This document shows positions 21,860-30,624 of a stretch of 64,000 nt of DNA, piece by piece. Origin of the DNA: Desulfobacterales bacterium (GTDB lineage Bacteria; Desulfobacterota; Desulfobacteria; Desulfobacterales; UBA2174); NCBI GenBank assembly GCA_963668645.2, contig CAXXWC010000019.1:288001-352000 (forward strand), written 5' to 3'. The notes under the pieces were generated by a model. The model was not told the DNA's origin. It did not search any database and saw only the letters and a program-made list of their open reading frames with translations. A program made the position numbers and the translations under genes. How positions within the stretch are numbered: the first letter of the stretch is position 1; every line of letters begins with the position of its first letter.

Positions 21860-22636
21860 TCAGTCCGGTGCACCCATCGGTAACAACGCCAGCCCGGCCT
21901 CCTCAAGGGTGCGCCGGATCTGGCAAACCAGGGCCAGGGCCGCGGGAGAATCGCCGTGGACGCAGAGGGTGTTGATCTCCAGTTCCAGCACGCTGCCGTC
22001 GGTGGCCACCACCCGGCCGTCGCGGGCCATGGCCAGGGCCCGGGCGGCGGCCACGGCCGGATCCTGGATCACCGCGCCGGGCAATCTGCGCGAGGCGAGC
22101 CGCCCTTGCGGGGTGTAGGCCCGGTCCGGGAAGGCTTCAAAGACGATTCGCAGTCCGGTCTCGCGGCCGATACGCTCCATCAGCGGCGCTTCGGCCCCGG
22201 CCAGGGTCACCAGCAGCAGGTTGGCGTCGACGCTGGCCACCGCCTCGGCAATCGCCCGGGCCAGCGGCTCGTTGCCCACCGCCGCGTTGTAGAGTGCACC
22301 GTGGGGTTTGACATGCTGCAAGGCCACGCCGTGGGCCGCACAAAAGGCCTTGAGCGCCCCGATCTGATAGATGATGTCGTTTTTGACCTCCTCGGGGGTG
22401 CAGTCGATGGTGCGGCGGCCGAAGCCCTGCAGATCGGAAAAGCCCGGGTGAGCCCCCACCCCCACGCCGTGGGCCGAGGCCAGGGCCACGGTGCGGTTCA
22501 TCACCAGCGGATCGCCGGCGTGAAAGCCGCAGGCGATGTTGGCCGATGTGATGTGGGCGATAACCTCGGGGTCCATGCCGATGGTCCAGGCCCCGAAGCT
22601 CTCGCCCATGTCGCAATTCAAATCGACACGCTGCAT
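21860..22636 (-). CDS. pxpA: 5-oxoprolinase subunit A (LamB/YcsF family)
   Basis: DLNCDMGESFG, SANIACGFHAGDP, HVKPHGALYN, TLCVHGD. Confidence 0.93.
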   Translation of the reverse strand: MQRVDLNCDMGESFGAWTIGMDPEVIAHITSANIACGFHAGDPLVMNRTVALASAHGVGVGAHPGFSDLQGFGRRTIDCTPEEVKNDIIYQIGALKAFCAAHGVALQHVKPHGALYNAAVGNEPLARAIAEAVASVDANLLLVTLAGAEAPLMERIGRETGLRIVFEAFPDRAYTPQGRLASRRLPGAVIQDPAVAAARALAMARDGRVVATDGSVLELEINTLCVHGDSPAALALVCQIRRTLEEAGLALLPMGAPD

Positions 22637-22647
22637 GCGCACCTCCT

Positions 22648-23946
22648 TTACTTCATCATGTTCGGCAGCACCAAGACGATCTGGGGAAACACGGTCACCA
22701 GTGCTGTGGCCAGGGCCATAAGCGCAAAAAAAGGAAAGGCCGCCCGGGCGATGGTCAGGATGTCGTCGTTGTTCAAACTGCTGATGACAAACAGGTTAAA
22801 GCCCACCGGGGGCGTGATCTGGGCAAGCTCGATCATCAATACGAGGTAGATGCCGAACCAGACCGGATCAAAGCCTGAGGCCGTGATCAGCGGCAGCACG
22901 ATGGGCGTGGTCATCACGATCATGGAAAACCCGTCCACCAGGCATCCGAGAAGGACGTACAGAAAGCTCAAGATGAGAATCAGCACGTAGGGCGACAGGC
23001 CCATCTCGGTGACAAAGAGGGTCAGCTTGCGCGTGATGCCCAGGTAGCCGACCACCACCGAGAGGTAGGAAGCGCCCATGACGATGAGCATGATCATGCA
23101 GCTCGTCTTGACGGCGCCCATGAGACTTTCGACGAAAACCTTGCGGTCCAGGCTGCGGCTGATCAGGGCAAAGACCAGCGAGCCGACCACGCCCACGGCC
23201 CCGGCCTCGGTGGGTGTGGCCCAGCCGGCGTAAAGGCTGCCGAGAACCACCAGGATGAGAAACAGCACCGGTGCGATTTCCGGAATGGCGCGGATGCGCT
23301 GGGCCCAGTTGTGTCCTTCGGCCCCGGCCGGCGCCAGGCTCGGCTGCAGGATGCAGCGCAAGACGATGTAGCCGCTGAAGAGCCCGGCGATCAATACCCC
23401 GGGCAAAAAGCCGGCGATGAACAGCTTGCCGATGCTCACGTCGCCGATGATCCCGTAGACGAGCATCATCATGCTGGGGGGGATCAGAAACCCGAGGGTA
23501 CCGGCGCCGGCCAGGGAACCGACCGCGATGCGCTGGTCGTAGCCGCGCTCCTTGAGTTCCGGCACGGTGATCTTGCCGACGGTGGCCGTTGTGGCGGCCG
23601 AAGAGCCGCTCACGGCGGCAAAGAAGGTGCACGCGAATATGTTGACGTGCAGCAGGCGCCCGGGTACACGATCCATCCAAGGGGTCAGGCCGTTGAAAAG
23701 GTTTTGCGATATCTTGCTGCGAAACAGGATCTCGCCCATCCAGACAAACATCGGCAGTGCCATCATGGCCGATCCGCTGGTGTTGTTCCAGACCACGTTG
23801 CTCATGATCGAGCCGAAGGGCAGGTCGGTAAAAAAGACGAATCCGCCCAGGCCGACCAGAAACAATGCAATCCCGATCCAGACAGTGCCGCCCATGAACA
23901 CGACCAGCAGGGCGAAGAGGGTCAACGAAATGCTGGCTAATTCCAC
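22648..23946 (-). CDS. TRAP transporter large permease (DctM)
   Basis: SGSSAAT, GTLGFLIPPS, TPTEA, ITPPVG.NLF. Confidence 0.93.
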   Translation of the reverse strand: MELASISLTLFALLVVFMGGTVWIGIALFLVGLGGFVFFTDLPFGSIMSNVVWNNTSGSAMMALPMFVWMGEILFRSKISQNLFNGLTPWMDRVPGRLLHVNIFACTFFAAVSGSSAATTATVGKITVPELKERGYDQRIAVGSLAGAGTLGFLIPPSMMMLVYGIIGDVSIGKLFIAGFLPGVLIAGLFSGYIVLRCILQPSLAPAGAEGHNWAQRIRAIPEIAPVLFLILVVLGSLYAGWATPTEAGAVGVVGSLVFALISRSLDRKVFVESLMGAVKTSCMIMLIVMGASYLSVVVGYLGITRKLTLFVTEMGLSPYVLILILSFLYVLLGCLVDGFSMIVMTTPIVLPLITASGFDPVWFGIYLVLMIELAQITPPVGFNLFVISSLNNDDILTIARAAFPFFALMALATALVTVFPQIVLVLPNMMK

Positions 23947-24001
23947 GTTTCGACTCCTGTGACCGGCCTTGAGCGCCGGTCGTCTGGCCCCCGCGGGAGG
24001 A

Positions 24002-24538
24002 CTAACGGCCCAAGCCGTCGATCTCCTCGTAGAGCTTTAAACCATCGGTATCCCCCCTGAGCATCGCCACGGTGCGCAGAAGCTCGCCACCGAACTGCAC
24101 CGTCATGAAAAGGGTGCCCAACGGCATGAAAAACTGGGGGACGGCCAGGTAGGTTTCACTGATCTGCATCGACTGGGACTCGTTGACCACCGAGTCCCAG
24201 AAAAAGACGCCGGTGTAGTACGTCAAGGCGGCACAAAAGAGCAGACCGACGCTAAAGCAGATGATATCCAGGTAGAGGCGCCGGCGGCCCGTGACCACCC
24301 GCAACAGAAAAGTCATGCGGATATGGCCCCGTTCGCGCAGGGTGTAACCCAGGGCGCAGAAGGTCAGGCCGCACATCAGGTAGCCGGCGTACTCTTCGGT
24401 AATGAACAGCGTGTGGTGAAAGGCGCTGCGCACCACGATTTCGGCCACGATGAGGGCCAGACCGCTGCAAAGCATGACCCCTGCCAGGGCACCGAGAAAA
24501 CCCGACAGGGTGTCGGCCCATTTGACCAAGCGTTTCAT
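24002..24538 (-). CDS. TRAP transporter small permease (DctQ)
   Basis: Four TM segments, EE...Y, GHIR motif. Confidence 0.88.
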   Translation of the reverse strand: MKRLVKWADTLSGFLGALAGVMLCSGLALIVAEIVVRSAFHHTLFITEEYAGYLMCGLTFCALGYTLRERGHIRMTFLLRVVTGRRRLYLDIICFSVGLLFCAALTYYTGVFFWDSVVNESQSMQISETYLAVPQFFMPLGTLFMTVQFGGELLRTVAMLRGDTDGLKLYEEIDGLGR

Positions 24539-24683
24539 GATGTGACTCCCGGGACCGGACAACGCCGGGGGTGCAAAGGTGTCGCCCCCGCGGCGGCGCG
24601 GTCGTGTCGCTCCGGCTGGCCGCGCTAGGCCCTGCAGCGTCGCACGGCCGGCCGGAACAAGGATGGAAAGGCGCTTTCGGTTC

Positions 24684-25676
24684 TCAGCGCTGGCTTTTTT
24701 TCTCGAACTCCTCGTAAATCTTGCGAGCCAGGGGCGGCGCGTCCTTGAGCCATTCGCTGCGGATCGACTCGGTAACCTTCTTCAACGCCTTGAGCAGATC
24801 CTTGGACACCGCAACGGTTTCGATGCCGTTCTTGTTGCAGATCGACTCCTTTTCCTTGTCGAGCTTGGCCACCTTGTCCCACATGATGTCTTCCATCTGC
24901 TTGCCGAGCTGGATCAGGGTCTGCTGGGTCTTCTCGTCGAGCTTCTTGAAGGACCTCAGGTTCACGTTGACCATGTCGGTGGCGATGGTGATGTTCAGCG
25001 GCTGGTAATACTTGAGCACTTCCCAGAACTTGCCGTCCACGCCAGTAGGCGTCGAGGTGATCACCGAGTCGATCAGGCCGGTGGCCAGCGAGGAGTAGAC
25101 CTCGGAAAAAGGCAGCGCATAGGGGGTGCCGCCGGTGGCCTCGACCACCAGGGCCCCGTTCTTGTCATAGGTGCGGGTCTTGAGGCCCTTCATGTCCTCG
25201 ACGCTGGTGATCTTGCGCTTGGTCCAGAGGCCGGCGCCGGGCCAGGGCGCGATGTAGAGGATCTTCTGGCCCCATTTGGCCGCCACCTTGTCGAAGTAGG
25301 GCCGGGCCGTGTCCAGCAGCATGCGGGCCTCCTGGAAGTCCTCGACCAGAAACGGCAGGGTCACGATCTGAAAAACCTTCTCATCGCCCGCGACCCCGCT
25401 GATGAGCATGTCGGAAAGCGGCACCAGGCCGTCGCGCACCGCCTTGAGCAGCTCGGGTCCCTTGTAGCCCAGGGCCCCGCCGGCGTTGACCACGACTTCC
25501 AGCTCGCCGCTGGTGGCCGTCTTGACCTTGGCGGCGAACTCCTCCAGGCCGATGGTGTGGTGGTTGTTGGGCGGCCAGACCGAGTTGGCGTTCCAGGTGG
25601 TTGCGGCCGCGCAGGGCGCGGCGCACCAGATTGCCAGGACTGCGACTACCATTGCCGATGCAAGCACTCTTTTCAT
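24684..25676 (-). CDS. TRAP transporter substrate-binding protein (DctP)
   Basis: Signal peptide, EDMKGLKTR, PFSEVY.SL.TG.ID. Confidence 0.9.
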   Translation of the reverse strand: MKRVLASAMVVAVLAIWCAAPCAAATTWNANSVWPPNNHHTIGLEEFAAKVKTATSGELEVVVNAGGALGYKGPELLKAVRDGLVPLSDMLISGVAGDEKVFQIVTLPFLVEDFQEARMLLDTARPYFDKVAAKWGQKILYIAPWPGAGLWTKRKITSVEDMKGLKTRTYDKNGALVVEATGGTPYALPFSEVYSSLATGLIDSVITSTPTGVDGKFWEVLKYYQPLNITIATDMVNVNLRSFKKLDEKTQQTLIQLGKQMEDIMWDKVAKLDKEKESICNKNGIETVAVSKDLLKALKKVTESIRSEWLKDAPPLARKIYEEFEKKSQR

Positions 25677-25758
25677 GATTCGCCCCTTTCTTTTTTTACG
25701 TTCAATGATCACGGCCGGCACGGCCGGCCGTGCGGCGCCATTGCTGCCGCCGTGGATC

Positions 25759-25989
25759 TCATAAATCCGTAGCATGGATCGCGCCTACCGGACAGAATTC
25801 GGCGCAAACAGGTTGCCGGCACCCGGCACAGGCGCTTCCGAGGGCCAGCGCCAGGCGGCCGTCGTCCAAAAACGTGACCTGGATAGCGGCCGCTTCCGGA
25901 TCGAAGCACCCCAGGCGGCCGAAGGAACAAGCCAGTTCGCAAAGCCGGCAACCGACACAGCGTTCCGGGTCCACCGCAACGGTTGTCAT
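25759..25989 (-). CDS. Small 4Fe-4S dicluster protein (AOR electron-transfer subunit-like)
   Basis: CVGCRLCELAC and CAGC...VCAEFCP; start overlaps the AOR stop codon. Confidence 0.85.
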   Translation of the reverse strand: MTTVAVDPERCVGCRLCELACSFGRLGCFDPEAAAIQVTFLDDGRLALALGSACAGCRQPVCAEFCPVGAIHATDL

Positions 25990-27935
25990 GGCGCCTCCTG
26001 GCAGTGGTCGCCTGCCGCACCCGGCAGGCGGATACCCGCGGCGGCCAGACGGGCGGCCACATCGGCCAGTCCCAGATCCACAAGCCGCCGGGAACTGGGC
26101 CAACCGGTGGCCAGGTCGTAGCCGTGGGCCAGGTAGTAGGCGTCCAGCATCTCCTGCCAGCGCTGCAGATCGAGCCGCTGGCCGGTGAACGGCCCCCCGG
26201 TCACCGGAATCTCCACCAGCTTGGACGGCGGCTGGGCATCGGCGCGGCCGAAACCGGCATGCAGGATGTTAAAGGCGGTTTCCAGGGTTTGCAGCCGTGC
26301 CCCGACCTGGAGCAGATCCGCTACGGACCGGCGGCTGCCGGTGACCAGGTGGTGAAAACGGGTGATGTCCGCCGGTGTGAACAGGCCGAGCTCCATCCAC
26401 ATGGACGGCAGATAGCATAGCCCCATCATGTCCACCACCCCTTTGTAATTTTCATACCAGGTCACCAGTTCGGCCTTGTTGGCGTAGGCGGTGGGGTCTT
26501 GGACGTCGTCGACGCCGAACCAGGCGCGGCTCTCTTCAGGACTGAGACACTGGGCCTCTACGGCCGGCGCGCCGCGCAGGTGCCCGCCGCCCTTGGTGCT
26601 GGTGACGATCCCCAGAGCCCAGCCTTTGTGCGAACGCATGCCCGCTTCCATCAGTGCATTGCGGTGCGCCAGGGAAGCGAGCTTTTCGCTGCCGCGGCCC
26701 ACCTGGCGTGCGGCGTTCGCCACGCCCCGGGCCAGCACGGCACCGAACCCGCTACGCCGGGCGATCTGTTCGAGCAGTCGCATCGCGGCTGCTCCATCCC
26801 CCCAGCGCAAATCAAGGCCCCCGGTGTCCCCACTGTTGATGATCCCCTTTTCGAAGCACTCCACCGCCCAGGCCAGGGCCGCGCTGGTATGGTCGCCGTC
26901 CAGGCCGTAGCGGTTGGCCAACGCGTGCAGTTGCAGCACCTGATCCGGGTCGGTGATTTCCAGGTTCGAGGCGAAGGCCCGCCAGGAGTTGGCCTGGAGC
27001 CCTTCGCAGCGCAGGTCGCCGATCCGGTATATCGCGCTGCAGTAGATCGGGCAGGCGAAGCAGGAGTGACGCCGCACGAGATAGCGTTGATCGAAGACGC
27101 CGCGGCGAACCCGCCCGATGGCCTCGTTGCCCCAGAATTCCACACTCATGTTGCGTACGGCATGGGGCCGGTTCTCGCCGGGCAGTTGGTAGGCGTTGAG
27201 GGTGCCGCCCTGGCGGTGGATGCTTACAAAACGGCTCTTTTCAATGACCTCGCGATTGAAGCGGCGCAGCTCGGCCAGCAGCGCCTCGGGCCGGGCCACG
27301 GTCAACGGCCTGCGTCCACGCACGGCGATCGCCTTGAGCCGCTTGGCACCAAGCAGGGCGCCGCTGCCACCGTAGCCGGCCGCCCGCCCCCGGTCACCGA
27401 CGATGCAGGCAAAGCGAACCCGGTTTTCTCCGGCCGGCCCGATGCACAGCGTCTTGAGGCGCGCGTCGTGTTCCAGGCGCTTGATCCGGTTTTCGGTCTC
27501 CCAGGTATCCAGCCCCTGCAATGGAGCGGCATCGCGGAAAAAAACCGCTGCGTCCGTAACGAAGAGGTAAACCGGCCGCCGCGCCCGGCCCTGAATCACG
27601 ATCTGGTCGTAACCGGCGTACTTCATCTCGGCGGCAAAGTGGCCGCCGAGATTGGCCGAGCCGACGCCGCCGGTGATCAGGTTGCGAAAGTCCACCGCCA
27701 GGCGGCAGGCTCCCGGCACCAGGGTCCCCACCAGCGGACCGGCACCCAGAATCAGCGGATTTTCGGGATCGAACGGATCGCGTCCTTCTGGTTGCAGATC
27801 GAAAAGCAGGCGCTGGTTGCTCCCCCGGCCGCCGATCCATTCCGGTTCCGGCCCGGTATTGAGCACTTTGCAGCATTCTCTGGTCAGATCGACATAGAGG
27901 ATTTTTCCAGCAAGTCCGTGTGTCATATCGGGCAT
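25986..27935 (-). CDS. Aldehyde:ferredoxin oxidoreductase-family (W/Mo bis-pterin) enzyme
   Basis: GKIL.VDLT, ELKYAG-like EMKYAGYD, IGPAGEN, KRLKAI, CFACPIYC, YGLD, GGHLRG, C-terminal YY..HG.D..TG.P. Confidence 0.9.
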   Translation of the reverse strand: MPDMTHGLAGKILYVDLTRECCKVLNTGPEPEWIGGRGSNQRLLFDLQPEGRDPFDPENPLILGAGPLVGTLVPGACRLAVDFRNLITGGVGSANLGGHFAAEMKYAGYDQIVIQGRARRPVYLFVTDAAVFFRDAAPLQGLDTWETENRIKRLEHDARLKTLCIGPAGENRVRFACIVGDRGRAAGYGGSGALLGAKRLKAIAVRGRRPLTVARPEALLAELRRFNREVIEKSRFVSIHRQGGTLNAYQLPGENRPHAVRNMSVEFWGNEAIGRVRRGVFDQRYLVRRHSCFACPIYCSAIYRIGDLRCEGLQANSWRAFASNLEITDPDQVLQLHALANRYGLDGDHTSAALAWAVECFEKGIINSGDTGGLDLRWGDGAAAMRLLEQIARRSGFGAVLARGVANAARQVGRGSEKLASLAHRNALMEAGMRSHKGWALGIVTSTKGGGHLRGAPAVEAQCLSPEESRAWFGVDDVQDPTAYANKAELVTWYENYKGVVDMMGLCYLPSMWMELGLFTPADITRFHHLVTGSRRSVADLLQVGARLQTLETAFNILHAGFGRADAQPPSKLVEIPVTGGPFTGQRLDLQRWQEMLDAYYLAHGYDLATGWPSSRRLVDLGLADVAARLAAAGIRLPGAAGDHCQEAP

Positions 27936-27957
27936 CCGCAAGTCTGAAAACGGCCGA

Positions 27958-28644
27958 TTAAACGCTGAGGTACTGAATGATCCGTTCGCGAAAGGCGGTG
28001 ATGTGCGCCTGGCAAGTCAGGCGCAGGGCATCTTCGTTGTTTTCCACCAAGTATTGCATGATGGCCCCGTGTTCTTTGCGTACCGCATCGTAATGTGCCT
28101 CCAGGGAGTGGCCCTGCATGTGATTCTGGCTATAGGAGATGTAGGCCAGTCGCTTGGTCTCGAACCTTATCCGGATCAGGCCGTAGATCAGGTATTCATT
28201 GCGGCAGGCGGCGTAAAATCCCATGTGGAAGCGATGATTCGATTCCACCAGGGCCAGCACGTCCTTGGCCAGGATGGCGGCTTCCACATCTTTCTGGGCC
28301 GCATTCATCTCATCGAGAAACAAGCGGCCATCCAAGTGGCGCATGGCCAGATCGATGACCCCCATTTCCATCGTTTCCAGGGCCTCGAAGACGGCCTTGA
28401 TGTTCTGCAGGCTGATGGACCGCACGGCCCAGGCGCGTGCGGGATGCGTCTCCAGGATCCCGGTGGCCGCCAGACGGTGCAGGGCTTCGCGGATGGGGGT
28501 GCGCCCGATGTCGAGCTCATCCATGAGCTGTTTTTCGCGCAGGATCTGGCCCTGAGCGTATTCCTGAGAAATGACGCGACGGTAGATCTCGTCGAAGGCC
28601 ACGTCGCAAAGCAGCCGTTTGGTCGAAGTGTCAGTGCTGGCCAT
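27958..28644 (-). CDS. GntR-family (FCD) transcriptional regulator
   Basis: E..LM.EL.IGRTPIREAL.RL; N..FH....AC.N.YL. Confidence 0.88.
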   Translation of the reverse strand: MASTDTSTKRLLCDVAFDEIYRRVISQEYAQGQILREKQLMDELDIGRTPIREALHRLAATGILETHPARAWAVRSISLQNIKAVFEALETMEMGVIDLAMRHLDGRLFLDEMNAAQKDVEAAILAKDVLALVESNHRFHMGFYAACRNEYLIYGLIRIRFETKRLAYISYSQNHMQGHSLEAHYDAVRKEHGAIMQYLVENNEDALRLTCQAHITAFRERIIQYLSV

Positions 28645-28711
28645 GTGCCGAATACCTTCCTGGCGTGCCGGAGCAGGTGTTGCCGCGGCCCTTTTGTGGA
28701 TGGATTCACTA

Positions 28712-28740
28712 GAGATACATATATCAACGATATATGTCAA
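28712..28740 (-). promoter_or_regulatory. Promoter with inverted-repeat operator heading the gntR-aor-TRAP-pxp operon
   Basis: TTGACA-17 bp-TATCTC on the minus strand, overlapped by ACATATATC-AAC-GATATATGT (28717-28737). Confidence 0.65.
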
Positions 28741-28827
28741 GTATACATTATCGCGGGCTGTCCATTCGGACGCGAATACTCCACCCCGGCACCCGGCAAA
28801 AATCGATCCCCGGCATCCGGAGGCATC

Positions 28828-28874
28828 AAAAAAACATCGGCACCGCCCCGGAAATACCGGAACGGTGCCGATGT
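28828..28874 (-). terminator. Intrinsic terminator of mdh
   Basis: ACATCGGCACCG...CGGTGCCGATGT stem followed by a T run on the minus strand. Confidence 0.7.
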
Positions 28875-28904
28875 ATCGTTTTTAGATTTTGTTAAATCGG
28901 TCTA

Positions 28905-29837
28905 TTACCCAAGCGTCTTGAGCAAATCCTTGAGCCCCTGGACAGCGGTGGCGCTCTTGTCCAGGGCCGTCTTTTCCTCGGGGGCAAGCTGGATCTCGAT
29001 CACCTGCTCGACACCGTTCTTGCCGAGCTTGACCGGCACCCCGATGAACAGGTCGTTATAACCGTACTCGCCCTCCAGGTAGGCCGCACAGGGCAGGATC
29101 TTCTTTTTGTCCTTGAGGATCGCTTCGGCCATCTCGACGGCCGCCGAAGCCGGCGCATAGTAGGCGCTGCCGGTCTTGAGCAGGCCGACGATCTCGGCCC
29201 CGCCGCTGGCGGTGCGCTGGCAAAGGGCCTTGATCCGATCTTCCGGCATCAGTTCGGTGATGGGAATCCCGGCCACGGTGGAAAACCGCGGCAGGGGCAC
29301 CATGGTGTCGCCGTGGCCGCCGAGCACGAAGGCGTGGGTATTTTCCACCGACACGTTCAGCTCCATGGCGATAAAGGCCCGGAAGCGGGCCGAGTCGAGA
29401 ACCCCGGCCATCCCGATGACCCGGTTCTTGGGAAATCCGGAAGCCTCATAGGCCACATGGCACATGGCATCCAGGGGGTTGGAGACGATGATCAGAATCG
29501 CTTCGGGCGAATATTTGGCCACCTCGGCGACCACCTTTTTCATGATCCCCGCATTGGTGGCGATCAGATCGTCGCGGCTCATGCCGGGTTTGCGCGGAAT
29601 TCCGGCCGTGATGATCACCACATCCGAACCTGCGCTGGCCTCATAAACGTTGGTACCGGTGAGCTTGGCATCGTGTTTTTCGATGGGGGCGGCCTCCATC
29701 AGGTCAAGAGACTTTCCCTGGGGCACGCCCTCGATGATGTCCACCAGCACCACGTCGCACAGTTCTTTTTCCGCCAGCCGCTGGGCGGCCGTGGCGCCGA
29801 CGTTGCCGGCCCCCACCACCGTTACTTTCTTGTCCAT
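28905..29837 (-). CDS. mdh: Malate dehydrogenase (LDH-like type)
   Basis: [45 protein letters not shown]. Confidence 0.95.
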   Translation of the reverse strand: MDKKVTVVGAGNVGATAAQRLAEKELCDVVLVDIIEGVPQGKSLDLMEAAPIEKHDAKLTGTNVYEASAGSDVVIITAGIPRKPGMSRDDLIATNAGIMKKVVAEVAKYSPEAILIIVSNPLDAMCHVAYEASGFPKNRVIGMAGVLDSARFRAFIAMELNVSVENTHAFVLGGHGDTMVPLPRFSTVAGIPITELMPEDRIKALCQRTASGGAEIVGLLKTGSAYYAPASAAVEMAEAILKDKKKILPCAAYLEGEYGYNDLFIGVPVKLGKNGVEQVIEIQLAPEEKTALDKSATAVQGLKDLLKTLG

Positions 29838-29933
29838 CTGCTTTCCTCCTTGTTCCCGAATGATATGCGTCGGCATCACCGTTACGGCGATACGCCGGTT
29901 CGCGATGAGCCGCTTCAGCCACGGCCCATCTTC

Positions 29934-30458
29934 TCAATTGGGCAGCCGCACCACCAGCACCGGCACCGGCGACCGGCGCAGTACCCGCTGGGCCGTGCTG
30001 CCGAGCATGGCGTCGGTCAGGGTTCCCTGGCCGTGAGTGCCCATGACGATCAGATCGCATTCCCTGTCCCGCGCCGCTTCAAGAATCTTTTGAACGGCGT
30101 TGCCCCGCTCCAGCACGATCTCGTCCGATCCGAAGGTCTTGGTGTCCGTCTCGGAACGTGCGTTCTCGTAGAACTTGTTGAGCACATCACGGATCAAGCC
30201 GCTGTCACGGCGCTTGCCGATGAGCTGCTGGCGGGCCTCATCCTCGTTGCGGGCCTGGATCTCGGCCCAGTCCTTCTCGCTGATGTAGCCGGTGATCCTG
30301 CGGTCGAGGTCCGGGACCTCCTCCATCACGTGCAAAATCACCAGGCTGGCCTGGTAGTGACCGGCCAGATTCAGCGCATAAGAAAAGGCGTAGCGGGCGC
30401 TCCACGACAGATCGGTGGTGTAAAGAATCTTTTTGATCGTGACACTTGGAAGTTCCAT
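29934..30458 (-). CDS. Universal stress protein
   Basis: KKILY.TDLS, DLIVMGTHG, LGSTA.RVLRRSPVPVLVV. Confidence 0.92.
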   Translation of the reverse strand: MELPSVTIKKILYTTDLSWSARYAFSYALNLAGHYQASLVILHVMEEVPDLDRRITGYISEKDWAEIQARNEDEARQQLIGKRRDSGLIRDVLNKFYENARSETDTKTFGSDEIVLERGNAVQKILEAARDRECDLIVMGTHGQGTLTDAMLGSTAQRVLRRSPVPVLVVRLPN

Positions 30459-30624
30459 AAGCGGCCCCTTTCTTACTGAGTTGGAGATGGCAACCGGGTA
30501 AGGATGAACTGAGCGTTCGTGCTCTCTTTAGGCGGAGGGCCTACCGGGTGTCAATCGCTTTCGGACCATTCGAGGCCGGCATCGCCCCTTGCTCGGCGAT
30601 GCCGGCGGTTCGTTGTGGATCTTT

